32,000 nucleotides of DNA from Methanosphaera stadtmanae DSM 3091 (GCF_000012545.1 NC_007681.1:150001-182000), one strand, 5' to 3'. Shown: positions 9,264 through 19,657, counted from the first letter of the stretch. Program-made: numbers and translations. Notes: generated by a model not told the origin, from the sequence alone.

Positions 9264-9565
9264 TGTTTTAACTCTTTTATTATTATATGGGATTTGTAGA
9301 AACGCTATGTTCATAATATAATTTTTAAAAGTAGTATAATGGTAAAATTGTGCATGCTTCAACTTACTCAGGTTCTAATTAATAGTAGATTAATTCATAT
9401 CAAGTATATAATTGGCTAAAACATAATAGTTCTCATGTAGATGTTTTTTCATCTAAATTAAACTCAATAATAATCACACTCAAATATGTATACATTCATT
9501 TTAACTCATGTTTCACATAAAAAAAAGAAGAAGAATAATGAATTTATTTCAATATTCTTATTTAT

Positions 9566-12500
9566 TTAAATTTTCAGTGTCGTGGTTGTTGTTGCTTTTT
9601 CATAGATTGATGTTTCACCAGTCATAACCACTAGTGTGTATGTTCCTTTAATTGTTGGTGGAATCATATCCATGTCTGCTACTCCATTTACTGCTATAGC
9701 ATTTGCTTGTGTTTTTCCATTGAGTTTTACTACAACTTTTGTATTTCCTGTCACTGGTTTATTGTTGTTATCATTGATTTTCACTGATACTGTTGCTGTT
9801 TTATTATTTACTAGTTTTGCTGTTGCATTTATTTTTGTTGGTATTTTCACTGTATTTTTAAACATGAATGATGTTGTACTTGTTGCATATACACTGTTTT
9901 CTCCTGATATTATTGTTATGTTATATGGTTTTGAACTTACTGGTAAGTTTAAGTTTAAGTTAGCAACACCATTTGATACTATGATTTGATTGTAGAATGT
10001 TTTACCATTTACTTTTACTGTTACTTTTGTATTACGTTGTACAGTGTTATTTTTCTCATCAAAGATTTTTATTGATACTGTTGCATTGTTACTTGTTATA
10101 TTTACCATTTCTGCTTGTATATGTGTATTTGTTCTTAATACTGTTAAATGACTTTCTGTAGCTACTCTATTATAATCTTTTCCAGAGAATACTGCTGTTA
10201 GAGTATATTCTTTAGCACTGTATATTGAAGTTATAGTATAGTCAAGTTTTGCAACACCATTTTCTACTTTTACAAAGATTATGTTACCATCATCATCTTT
10301 TAATGTTTTACCATTAAGTTTAAATATAACTTTACCTTCATTTACTAAAGTATTATTGTAGTATACATGTGCAACTATACTTGTTGTATCTCCAACTTTT
10401 ACTTCTGTGTCACAGGTTATATTAATATTAGCAGTTCTTAGTGTAATAATCACATCTGCTTTTTCACTTACAGAATCATCATATGCATAGTTTCCAAGGT
10501 ATGTGGCTACTATGGTTGTATTTTCTTTATGCCATGCACTTGGTACTTCTTTGGTAATTGTTGCAACACCACCAGTTACATTAGCATATATTACATTACC
10601 ATTATTATCAGTTACTTCTACACCATTTATACTAAATACTACTTTTCCACCAGTTACATTGTTACCATTTACATCTGTAATGTGTGCTGTGAGATTTACT
10701 TTTTCATAAATTACTCCATTTACAGCATCAACTGTGGTTTTTGTACTTATTTTTTCTACATCAAATGTAGTTTCATCACTACTTGGAGTGTATAAGTCAC
10801 TTCCATCATAACTTGCTTTTATTGTGTATGTACCAGTTGTAGCAGCTGTTTTAATAGTTATTTTAAAGTTACCATTATCATCTGTAACTGTATTGTATGA
10901 TATACCATCTACTATGATTGTAACTGTACTGTTAGTTATTGCTTTTTGTGTGTATTTCTCACTAAGTACACCAGATACATCTACTGTTGAATTAATACTG
11001 GTATTATTAACAGGATTTAATGTTAATTCAGAACCTAATTTTTCTACATCAAATGTAGTTTCATCACTACTTGGAGTGTATAAGTCACTTCCATCATAAC
11101 TTGCTTTTATTGTGTATGTACCAGTTGTAGCAGCTGTTTTAATAGTTACTTTAAAGTTACCATTATCATCTGTAACTGTATTGTATGATATACCATCTAC
11201 TATGATTGTAACTGTACTGTTAGCTATTGCTTTTTGTGTGTATTTCTCACTAAGTACACCAGATACATCTACTGTTGAATTAATACTGGTATTATTAACA
11301 GGATTTAATGTTAATTCAGAACCTATTTTTTCTACATCAAATGTAGTTTCATCACTACTTGGAGTGTATAAGTCATTTCCATCATAACTTGCTTTTATTG
11401 TGTATGTACCAGTTGTAGCAGCTGCTTTAATAGTTACTTTAAAGTTACCATTATCATCTGTAACTGTATTGTATGATATACCATCTACTATGATTGTAAC
11501 TGTACTGTTAGTTATTGCTTTTTGTGTGTATTTCTCACTAAGTACACCAGATACATCTAGTGTTGAATTAATACTGGTATTATTAACAGGATTTAATGTT
11601 AATTCAGAACCTAATTTTTCAACATCAATTGTTATAGTATTCATTGATGCCATGTAGGTATCATTTCCATCATATCTAACTGTTACTGGAATATTATCTC
11701 CAACAGTTGTTGTCATAATATCACATGTAAATTTACCATCATTATTAGTGGTGGTTGTGTATTTTTTACCTTCAAATGTAACTGTAATTGTAGCATTAGC
11801 TATACCATTATCACTTGCATCTATGAGAGTTCCATTAATTGTTATGGTACTGTTTACTGTAGTACTAATTGGTCCTTCAGCTGTTATACTAGTTTCTTCT
11901 TTTACAAACATGGAAGTTTGAGCACTAGCCATGGTGTATACATCACTACCAGCATAACTTGCAGATACATCATAATTTCCTGTTACAACAGGTGTCATGA
12001 TAGTTACAACATATTTACCTTCATTATCAGTTGTGGTTGTGTATTTTTTATTGTTAACTGTTATTGTTACTTCTTGATTACTAATAGCATTTTGTGCAGA
12101 ATCAACTAAAATACCAGTAACATTAACATTACTATTAGCATCAACACTACCAATAGTATCAATAGTAATAATAGAATCTATTTTTTCAACATCAAATGTT
12201 GTTTCATTATCAGATCCATTATATATCTCTGAACCTTCATATTTAGCTGTTACAGTGTATGTCTTAGCAGTACTTGGAGCAGTAAATTCTACTCTAAATG
12301 TACCATCAGTTCCAGTGGTTACATTTTTACTTTCATTATTAACTGTTACACATACATTAGCATCAGTAATTGGGTTATTTGTATTATTTGTTACTTTACC
12401 AGTTATAACAACACTAGCATTAATTTTGACATTTTCAATGTTATCTATGATTAAAGTTGAATTTAGTTTTTCAACAGTTAAGGTTGCTTGTGTAGATGAT

Positions 12501-15500
12501 GGGGCATAATAATTATCACCAATAAATTTGATGTCTACTGGAATATTATTATCAACTTTTGTTGCTGTATAAATAAATGTATATCCACCAGTACTGTTAG
12601 TTTTTGTTGTGTTGATTAGATCCTCAATAGTCATTACTATTGTAACATCTCTTATAGGATTTCCATTAATATCTTTGAGTGTACCTTTAATTGTTATATC
12701 ATTATTTACTACTGTAATAATAATAGGTGTTTCTACATCAATAGTACTTTTTGTTTTTACATACAAGTTTATACTATCATCACATTCATCATACAGCTCT
12801 GAACCTTTATATTCTACAGATACTGTATATGTTTTTGAAGCATCAGGTGTTGTGATAGTTTTGATATAATTACCATTTTCATCAGTAGTTGTGGTGTATG
12901 TTTGACCATCAATTGTTATATGTACTGTAGCATCTGGAATACCAACATTTAAATTATAATCTACAGATAATTTACCAGTTATATTAATTTCACTGTTGGG
13001 ATCAACATTATCTATTTCATCAACTGAAATTTTAGAGCCTATTTTTTCAACTATAAACCATGTACTAGCATAGGTTTCTAGATATTCATCATCACCTGCA
13101 TATGAAACATGTACATTAATGTGATCAGATGTCTTTGTTGTTTTAAATGAATAAGAATATTCACCATTTTCATTAGTTTTTACAGAAACCTCATCCATAT
13201 CATCTACTTTTATTTTTATAGTAGCATCAGCAATAGCATGGTTATCTATATCTTTAAGTGTACCATTAATAGTCATATTTCTTGTTACTATAACAACATC
13301 CATTGGTTCATTAACTGTTAGAGTAGTTTCTATTTTACCTATAGCTAATGTTATTGTTTCTTGGGATGCATCGTATATTTCTGTACCATTATACCTAGCA
13401 GTTAGAACATATTTACCATTCTCAGATGGTGTTGTAATAGTTACATTAAATAAACCATCACTATTGGTTGTTACATTATATTCTTTATTATTAAATGTTA
13501 CACTTATATTTGCATTAGATATGGCCTTGTTATTATTATCTTTGAGAGTTCCATTGATTGTTATATCTACATTAGTTGATAACATATCTGTTGGATTGTT
13601 AATAGTTAATATGGTTTCAGTTCTAAGTATAGTAAAAGGTACTTCAGCAGAACAATTTTCATAACGTATTGTACCATTATATGTAACTAGTATAGTTGCA
13701 TTATCAACAAATTTTAATATTTTTAAACGATCTGATCCTTTACCATTATTCATTGAAATTATTTTTCCAACAGATGCTGAAGAATTCAGAGTTACTTTTG
13801 AACTTAAAAGATTACCCTCTTCATCAGTTAGTGTAATATTAACATATATATAATCACCAACATGAAGAGAATCAGGACTTATTATTACATTCAAGAATGT
13901 TTTATCTCTTGGAAGACCTTTATTATCATGTACTGAATTGTTTTGACCATCAATTATACTTACTGCTTCATCACCATAATAACTTTTTGAACCTAACTCA
14001 TTTCCAGATACATTATTATTATTACATTCAGTTAAAACTACAGCATATTCATCTGTAACATTTACTTTGTTTCCAATTATTGTAAGATTTCTATATTGTT
14101 TAGCAGTTATACCAGATCCATTTACTGTAACAACTTTATTATTTTTAATTGTATTATTAAAGCATAGTTGTGCATATATCCCTCCAGATATTGCTGGGAA
14201 ATAATCAGCAGTAGTTCCAGTATTATTTGTTTGTGCTGTAATATATATTATATTATCTTCAACTGAAAGACCATTACCAGTTATAACAATTCCTGTTGGA
14301 TTTATACCAGAAGCATTTATTCTATTTCCCTTTATGAGAGTATTTGTTCCACCATAATGTTCAATTCCATAAACATTGTTTCCTGAAACAACAATGGTGT
14401 TATTTATAACTGTGTTGTTTATAAGTTCTCCTCCACTTGGATACTCAGCAGGAGGATAATTTCCGCCAATATATCTACGATCTTCTATTACAATAGGATA
14501 TCCACTGTCTTCAGCTACAGAACTACTACTATTTGAAGAAACTAATGTAATAGTATTGTTTGCAACAGTGTTATTTTGTAGATACCCACCTGTAAGATAA
14601 ATACCTGCAGTATATCTTTGACCATTGATTTGAAATGTGTTGTTAGATATGTTGTTATGACTAGAGTATGAAGTACAAAGCATTCCATATAAATATTTTT
14701 CACCAGAAAGATTAATATTATTATTAGTAAATTGTGCATGACTAGATGAGAACATAATAGCATTTAATGTAGCATAACTATTTCCATCATCCTTACTTAC
14801 ACTTATTGTAATATTATTACTATCAAATATTATTCTTCTGTTATTAGTTGCTCTTGCAAAAGTAAATTCTTCTCCAATTCTAATAGGTACAACTTTTGGA
14901 TCTACTGTACCTAACCAGCCTCCTTCAAAATACTGGGCAAAATTTAAGAAATTTGCAGGTGCAGATATATTTATTTTAGAATTTTTAAAAATCATAACTG
15001 GATCTATACTATCTTCAGTACCAGTAGTAAATTCTATTAATCTAAGATTATTTTCTGGAAAATCTGCTACATTTGCATTAAAAGTACAATTTTCTACTGT
15101 AGCATTATAATAACCACCAGTAGTTTCACCTCTAAATAATTGGCGTTCATCAGTATATTGGAATGTTATATTTGCTACTTTAGTATTATTACCATGATCT
15201 GTATTTAACCATAATGTAGAGTAGGATGTTGGATTATCTTTACCTACATAAGTAATTGATCCTGAAAATTTTATAAGATTTACTCTTTTTAGTATATTAA
15301 AAGCTTTTTGATCAATAAGAAAAGTTTTTCCTGCATTTGCATCTAATATTTCATCAGAAATTTCAGCTGAAGAAGGATCATCATCATCCCATGACCAATA
15401 ATTTCTAACATTAGCTCCTGTAATTTCAACTACATTACTATCATCTTTTTTAACAGATTTTGTTTGTGTTAAAGGAGCACTTGGGGTATTATTATCTATT

Positions 15501-15928
15501 GTTAGATTTGTATTTCCTGTACCTTTATATGTACCATTTTTAATGTGGATGTTGTAGTTATCATTGGAATTTACCTTTTCAACTGTATATCCTATGGTTT
15601 TAAAGGGACTGTCTTGACTTCCAGTATTACTATCACTTCCACTATTATCACAGACACAATAGTCTACATTACTGGTTTCTTTTTTTATTGTTTTTTTATT
15701 ATCTGTTTTTTCTTTTGTTTGAATATTTTCACTATTTTTAGATAATACCTTATTATCAGTAGTATCTTCTTTTATAACATTATTCATACTTACTTGTTTT
15801 TCAACAGTAACTGTTGGTGATGTGGTTGTCGAGTTTGACACATCACCTGCACTTATTGCTGAAATACTAATAAGAAGTAATGATACGAGTATAAGTAAAA
15901 ATATTTCTTTATTATACTTTTTAAACAT
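9566..15928 (-). CDS. Giant Asn/Thr-rich adhesin-like surface protein (2120 aa): signal peptide, right-handed beta-helix region, ~15 Ig-like repeats
   Basis: The N-terminal signal-like segment is MFKKYNKEIFLLILVSLLLISISAISAGDV. The block DSPFKTIGYTVEKV...GTYKG is followed by parallel beta-helix-type NNxI/GNxI repeats (about 13890-15640). About 15 repeats of ~96 aa carry the motif T(D/N)xxGxF/Y..I (carboxypeptidase-regulatory/Ig-like fold, about 9566-13890). Confidence 0.9.
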   Translation of the reverse strand: MFKKYNKEIFLLILVSLLLISISAISAGDVSNSTTTSPTVTVEKQVSMNNVIKEDTTDNKVLSKNSENIQTKEKTDNKKTIKKETSNVDYCVCDNSGSDSNTGSQDSPFKTIGYTVEKVNSNDNYNIHIKNGTYKGTGNTNLTIDNNTPSAPLTQTKSVKKDDSNVVEITGANVRNYWSWDDDDPSSAEISDEILDANAGKTFLIDQKAFNILKRVNLIKFSGSITYVGKDNPTSYSTLWLNTDHGNNTKVANITFQYTDERQLFRGETTGGYYNATVENCTFNANVADFPENNLRLIEFTTGTEDSIDPVMIFKNSKINISAPANFLNFAQYFEGGWLGTVDPKVVPIRIGEEFTFARATNNRRIIFDSNNITISVSKDDGNSYATLNAIMFSSSHAQFTNNNINLSGEKYLYGMLCTSYSSHNNISNNTFQINGQRYTAGIYLTGGYLQNNTVANNTITLVSSNSSSSVAEDSGYPIVIEDRRYIGGNYPPAEYPSGGELINNTVINNTIVVSGNNVYGIEHYGGTNTLIKGNRINASGINPTGIVITGNGLSVEDNIIYITAQTNNTGTTADYFPAISGGIYAQLCFNNTIKNNKVVTVNGSGITAKQYRNLTIIGNKVNVTDEYAVVLTECNNNNVSGNELGSKSYYGDEAVSIIDGQNNSVHDNKGLPRDKTFLNVIISPDSLHVGDYIYVNITLTDEEGNLLSSKVTLNSSASVGKIISMNNGKGSDRLKILKFVDNATILVTYNGTIRYENCSAEVPFTILRTETILTINNPTDMLSTNVDITINGTLKDNNNKAISNANISVTFNNKEYNVTTNSDGLFNVTITTPSENGKYVLTARYNGTEIYDASQETITLAIGKIETTLTVNEPMDVVIVTRNMTINGTLKDIDNHAIADATIKIKVDDMDEVSVKTNENGEYSYSFKTTKTSDHINVHVSYAGDDEYLETYASTWFIVEKIGSKISVDEIDNVDPNSEINITGKLSVDYNLNVGIPDATVHITIDGQTYTTTTDENGNYIKTITTPDASKTYTVSVEYKGSELYDECDDSINLYVKTKSTIDVETPIIITVVNNDITIKGTLKDINGNPIRDVTIVMTIEDLINTTKTNSTGGYTFIYTATKVDNNIPVDIKFIGDNYYAPSSTQATLTVEKLNSTLIIDNIENVKINASVVITGKVTNNTNNPITDANVCVTVNNESKNVTTGTDGTFRVEFTAPSTAKTYTVTAKYEGSEIYNGSDNETTFDVEKIDSIITIDTIGSVDANSNVNVTGILVDSAQNAISNQEVTITVNNKKYTTTTDNEGKYVVTIMTPVVTGNYDVSASYAGSDVYTMASAQTSMFVKEETSITAEGPISTTVNSTITINGTLIDASDNGIANATITVTFEGKKYTTTTNNDGKFTCDIMTTTVGDNIPVTVRYDGNDTYMASMNTITIDVEKLGSELTLNPVNNTSINSTLDVSGVLSEKYTQKAITNSTVTIIVDGISYNTVTDDNGNFKVTIKAAATTGTYTIKASYDGNDLYTPSSDETTFDVEKIGSELTLNPVNNTSINSTVDVSGVLSEKYTQKAIANSTVTIIVDGISYNTVTDDNGNFKVTIKTAATTGTYTIKASYDGSDLYTPSSDETTFDVEKLGSELTLNPVNNTSINSTVDVSGVLSEKYTQKAITNSTVTIIVDGISYNTVTDDNGNFKITIKTAATTGTYTIKASYDGSDLYTPSSDETTFDVEKISTKTTVDAVNGVIYEKVNLTAHITDVNGNNVTGGKVVFSINGVEVTDNNGNVIYANVTGGVATITKEVPSAWHKENTTIVATYLGNYAYDDSVSEKADVIITLRTANINITCDTEVKVGDTTSIVAHVYYNNTLVNEGKVIFKLNGKTLKDDDGNIIFVKVENGVAKLDYTITSIYSAKEYTLTAVFSGKDYNRVATESHLTVLRTNTHIQAEMVNITSNNATVSIKIFDEKNNTVQRNTKVTVKVNGKTFYNQIIVSNGVANLNLNLPVSSKPYNITIISGENSVYATSTTSFMFKNTVKIPTKINATAKLVNNKTATVSVKINDNNNKPVTGNTKVVVKLNGKTQANAIAVNGVADMDMIPPTIKGTYTLVVMTGETSIYEKATTTTTLKI
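10753..11616 (-). repeat. Three near-identical tandem 288-bp (96-aa) repeats inside the adhesin-like gene
   Basis: Unit boundaries tttctacatcaaatgtag recur at 10753, 11041 and 11329. The protein units EK(L/I)GSELTLNPVNNTSINST(L/V)DVSGVLSEKYTQKAI(T/A)NSTVTIIVDGISYNTVTDDNGNFK(V/I)TIK(A/T)AATTGTYTIKASYDG(N/S)DLYTPSSDETTFDV differ at only a few residues. Confidence 0.92.
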
Positions 15929-17153
15929 TATACTAACCTCTTATAGGCTTTGTATTATTTAAGTAATTCTTTAATTGATAGTAATTCTATCCCAAAAATT
16001 ATTATTAATAAAATATTTTTGAAAATTATTAATTAATAGTTTAAAGTATTACTTAATTAATATTATTTAAAAGTTATTTTATTTATATTTATGTTTATTT
16101 TAATTTTTGAATTTATCTAAAACTTTTTGAATAATCTTGAATTATTCATAAATCATCACTGTATTCTAGAGTTTATTAGTACTGCAACCATTACATATTA
16201 TTCTTATATTTTACTGGCTTGGAGATATGTTACCATGAAGTAATTTTCTATTTTATTTGTTTTTTCTATTTTAGAATAATTTTTCCTTTGGTTGGATGTT
16301 TAAAAATGTATTTCAGTTATACATGTGATTATGTCTCAGTTATGTCTTGTTTTTTTCATATTTTTCTTTATTTTATGTATGTTTTGTTAGTTTTGTGTTT
16401 ATTTTATTTTTTGGGGGAGTATCTTCTTTATAGCATTTTTTGGGAGTATTTTTAGGTCTTATTAGGTAAATTTTATCATGTTTAAAACTTCATGGAATAA
16501 ATGGTACTTATTGTTATATTCTAGTTTTTCAAGTATTGGTTTATATTGGGGATACAAGAATGAAAATTTTAAAAAATAGGTTTTCTTCAATTTCATTTTT
16601 TTATTATTTTTTCATACTTTTTATTGTTTTTTTTATTAAAAAATGGTTGTTTTGTTTCGTTATACATAGCTATAACGAAGTAAAATTCATAAATTTTGAA
16701 TCTAATTAAAAATACCTTAAATTTTCATATAGTTTTAACTCAAATATCATACACTTGATATATCCCAAGTAATAAAAAAATTTGCATCGCGAGATAGATT
16801 GCAAGTGTAACTTACTATTTTTACACTTGAAATGTATGATTGAATGGAATGAAAATTTTATTGTGTATAAAAATAACTAAATATTTAAAAAAATCTTAAA
16901 TTTTTACTTCATTTAAATACTCATTCAAAAACTTGAAAAAAGACAACTTGATATATATAACTTATATGTAAATTCATGTTTTTGTCATTTATATAAAAAA
17001 AGTAACTACTAATATTTATATTTTTCGAAAACTATAAATAACCATTCTAAACTATGAAAAAACAATCTCTTCATATACATCAAACATACTAAAAATACAC
17101 ATTTAACAAAAGACAAAATCCACTCCCAAAAAAATATAAAATCCAAAAATCAT

Positions 17154-17178
17154 CAAAAAAAGTAAAAAGAAAAAAAAA
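17154..17178 (-). terminator. Oligo-T tracts immediately after the stop of the 165-aa gene
   Basis: On the minus strand, T9 directly follows the stop codon (17170-17178). T5 and T7 runs follow. Confidence 0.5.
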
Positions 17179-17676
17179 TCATAAACTAACAGTCTGTGAA
17201 CCTTTATAAGTACCAAGATTTGCAGTCTTAGTAAAACAATTACCATTATACTTAACAGTAATCACACACTTATCAGGATACTTATTCATAGGAGTAGTAT
17301 CAGTAACCTTAGCATTACCATCACTATCAATAGAAACAGTACCATACTCCACCTTATTAAACTGATAACCATCTCTATAATAAACAGTACTAATTTCTAC
17401 AACCTTACCAGCACTCTCCTTACCAAAGTACAATGTTGCAACCTCACCAGTATTAGGATTACCATCAGAATAAAAAGTAACACTACTTAAATCAACAGTA
17501 TCATTTGGTGCTACATTACTAGAATTATCTTTAGTTGAATTAGCAGCTACACTTGGTATAGGTATACCATTATTATCAGAACTAACAATAACAAAGGTAG
17601 CAGCAATAATAACTGCACATAAAATCAGAGTAATACAAACAATTAATACATTCTTTTCTTTCATCTTCAAAACCAT
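17179..17676 (-). CDS. Small secreted or N-terminally anchored protein (165 aa)
   Basis: The N-terminal hydrophobic segment is NVLIVCITLILCAVIIAATFVIV. A Ser/Asn-rich linker follows, then a beta-rich ~100-aa domain. The start is either 17676 or ATG 17664 (MKEKN...). Confidence 0.6.
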   Translation of the reverse strand: MVLKMKEKNVLIVCITLILCAVIIAATFVIVSSDNNGIPIPSVAANSTKDNSSNVAPNDTVDLSSVTFYSDGNPNTGEVATLYFGKESAGKVVEISTVYYRDGYQFNKVEYGTVSIDSDGNAKVTDTTPMNKYPDKCVITVKYNGNCFTKTANLGTYKGSQTVSL

Positions 17677-17843
17677 TAAATTGATTAATTATGAACAAAA
17701 CTCTTATTCATATATATAATAGTAACTATGTTTAAAGTAATATATTTATGATTCTATTTTTCAATATCAGTTCTGAAGATCTATTTAATAGAAATGGATA
17801 TTAACTAAAACTATATATTAGTAGGAATAGAAGAGTATGTATT

Positions 17844-18782
17844 ATGCAAGTAACTTTATTTAATGACAATATTGTAGAAGGAAAGCCTTTTATGAAATGG
17901 CTTGGTGGAAAAAGACAATTAATTCCTGAGATAGAAAAAAGATTACCAGAACATATTAAGATATCAAAGAAAATAGATTCATATTTTGAACCCTTTATTG
18001 GTGGAGGAGCTTTATTTTTTTATCTTATGAGTAATTATCATATTAAAAAAGCATATATTTCTGATATTAATAAAGAATTGATATTAATATATAATGCTAT
18101 AAAAAATGATGATAAAAAAGTAATTACTTATTTAAAAGAAATGGAAAGTGAATTTTTAAAATTAGATAATGATAAACGTAAAGCATATTATTTAAATGTT
18201 AGAGAAGAATTTAATAATCAATTAAAAACATATGATTTTAAAAATTATTCTGAAGAAACAATAAAAAGAGCTGTTAAATCAATGTTCATGAATAAAACAG
18301 GATTTAATGGATTATTTAGATTAAATAAGAAAGGTGAATTTAACGTGCCTTTTGGAAGATATAAAAATCCTAAAATATGTGATGAAACCAATATTCATAA
18401 TGTTCATAAAATTCTAAAAAATGTTACTATAAAAAATAAACCCTATGATTATTCTGAAAAATACATTGAAAAAGGTTCACTAGTATACTTAGATCCACCA
18501 TACAGACCAATTTCTAAAACTTCCAGTTTCACAAGCTATTCTGATAATGAATTTAATGATGAACATCAAATAGAATTAGCACATTATTATGAGAGAATAT
18601 CCAATAAAGGAGCATATGCTTTGTTAAGTAATAGTGATCCTCATAATAATGATCCAAATGATGATTTTTTTGATTTATTATATTCTAAATATTGTATTGA
18701 TAGAATTCCAGCAAAAAGAAGTATTAATTCAAAAGGAAACAAACGTGGACCAGTAAATGAATTGTTGATAAAAAATTATTGA
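17844..18782 (+). CDS. Dam-family (alpha-class) N6-adenine DNA methyltransferase, predicted GATC specificity
   Basis: PFMKWLGGKRQL parallels E. coli Dam AFLKWAGGK. Motif I is FEPFIGGGALFF and motif IV is VYLDPPY, in alpha order. It sits directly upstream of a DpnII-family endonuclease gene. Confidence 0.9.
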   Translation: MQVTLFNDNIVEGKPFMKWLGGKRQLIPEIEKRLPEHIKISKKIDSYFEPFIGGGALFFYLMSNYHIKKAYISDINKELILIYNAIKNDDKKVITYLKEMESEFLKLDNDKRKAYYLNVREEFNNQLKTYDFKNYSEETIKRAVKSMFMNKTGFNGLFRLNKKGEFNVPFGRYKNPKICDETNIHNVHKILKNVTIKNKPYDYSEKYIEKGSLVYLDPPYRPISKTSSFTSYSDNEFNDEHQIELAHYYERISNKGAYALLSNSDPHNNDPNDDFFDLLYSKYCIDRIPAKRSINSKGNKRGPVNELLIKNY

Positions 18783-18791
18783 GGTTAAACT

Positions 18792-19652
18792 ATGGTTAAA
18801 TATGAAGTATTAGGTTACACATCACAAGAGGAATATAAGGAAGATTTCTTCAATAATTTATTACCTACAAATCATAGTTTTAATTATTTTGTTAATTGGA
18901 ATAAGGTTTTTAAGAATGTTAAACAATATTCTATTGAAATTTCAATTTTAAATAGTTTAAGTAAGGTTGATGAAGAAGATCTTGAAGTAGAATTTAGAAA
19001 AATTATCAACTGTTATCCAGAAGTAGTTCCATTATTACCTGCTATTTTAGCAATAAGATTTAAATCTAAAAATTTAACTGTGGATATTTTAGAAAAAACA
19101 TTTAAAACTTATAACTTCAATGATGAAGAATTTGATGAAGATGAAATAGTAACTTTTTCTAAAAAAACTGGTTTGTTAAAATTATTTACTAAAATAAATG
19201 ATTTATATGCTTATTTGTTGGGAACAGAAGTTGGTTTAGATACTAATGGTAGAAAAAATAGGAGTGGAACAATTTTTGAGACATTAATTGAGGAAAATAT
19301 AAACTCAATATTGGACGGTACAAACTATAAAATCCAATCACAAGGTTATGTTGATGGTATTTCTCGGAAAAAGAGGGCTGATTTTATAATAACAGATGAT
19401 GATGAACAAGTTTTAGCTATTGAATGTAATTATTATAATGCAACTGGAAGTAAACCAATAGAAGTAACAAATGCGTATATAGAGTTACAAAATGAAATAA
19501 GTAATACAAATATAAAATTTTTGTGGATTACTGATGGTCTAGGTTGGAACAAAATGACAAGTACTATTTTAAAGGGGATGGAAAATATTGACTTTATTAT
19601 CAATTACACTATGTTGGAAAATAGTATTAGAAAACTTTTAAATATTGAATAA
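18792..19652 (+). CDS. DpnII/MboI-family type II restriction endonuclease (predicted GATC)
   Basis: The block GTEVGLDTNGRKNRSG and the C-terminal FLWITDGLGW match my recollection of R.DpnII (GVEVGMDTNGRKNRTG ... FMWITDGQGW). The length also fits (~286 aa). GAGGT overlaps the methyltransferase stop, 6 nt before the ATG. Confidence 0.85.
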   Translation: MVKYEVLGYTSQEEYKEDFFNNLLPTNHSFNYFVNWNKVFKNVKQYSIEISILNSLSKVDEEDLEVEFRKIINCYPEVVPLLPAILAIRFKSKNLTVDILEKTFKTYNFNDEEFDEDEIVTFSKKTGLLKLFTKINDLYAYLLGTEVGLDTNGRKNRSGTIFETLIEENINSILDGTNYKIQSQGYVDGISRKKRADFIITDDDEQVLAIECNYYNATGSKPIEVTNAYIELQNEISNTNIKFLWITDGLGWNKMTSTILKGMENIDFIINYTMLENSIRKLLNIE

Positions 19653-19657
19653 GTCTC

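Noticed and set aside
10753-11616. The regular 288-bp periodicity was considered as a possible CRISPR-like or satellite array.
   Set aside because: The units are contiguous with no unique spacers, and they are in frame within a protein-coding gene. They encode an Ig-like domain. This is a coding tandem repeat.
9636-15745. About a dozen 60-120-aa ORFs inside the 2120-aa adhesin gene: 9636, 10503, 10529, 10824, 11112, 11400, 11918, 12255, 12609, 13464 and 15545 on the plus strand, and 14542 on the minus strand in another frame.
   Set aside because: All lie entirely within the long, well-supported adhesin ORF. Their products are low-complexity V/L/F/T-rich strings. These are what the complement of Asn/Thr/Ile-rich codons produces. 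Three of them simply echo the 288-bp repeat.
16219-16455. 78-aa ORF in the long intergenic gap.
   Set aside because: The Phe/Tyr/Cys/Leu-rich product is what translation of T-rich non-coding DNA yields. It uses a TTG start with no RBS.
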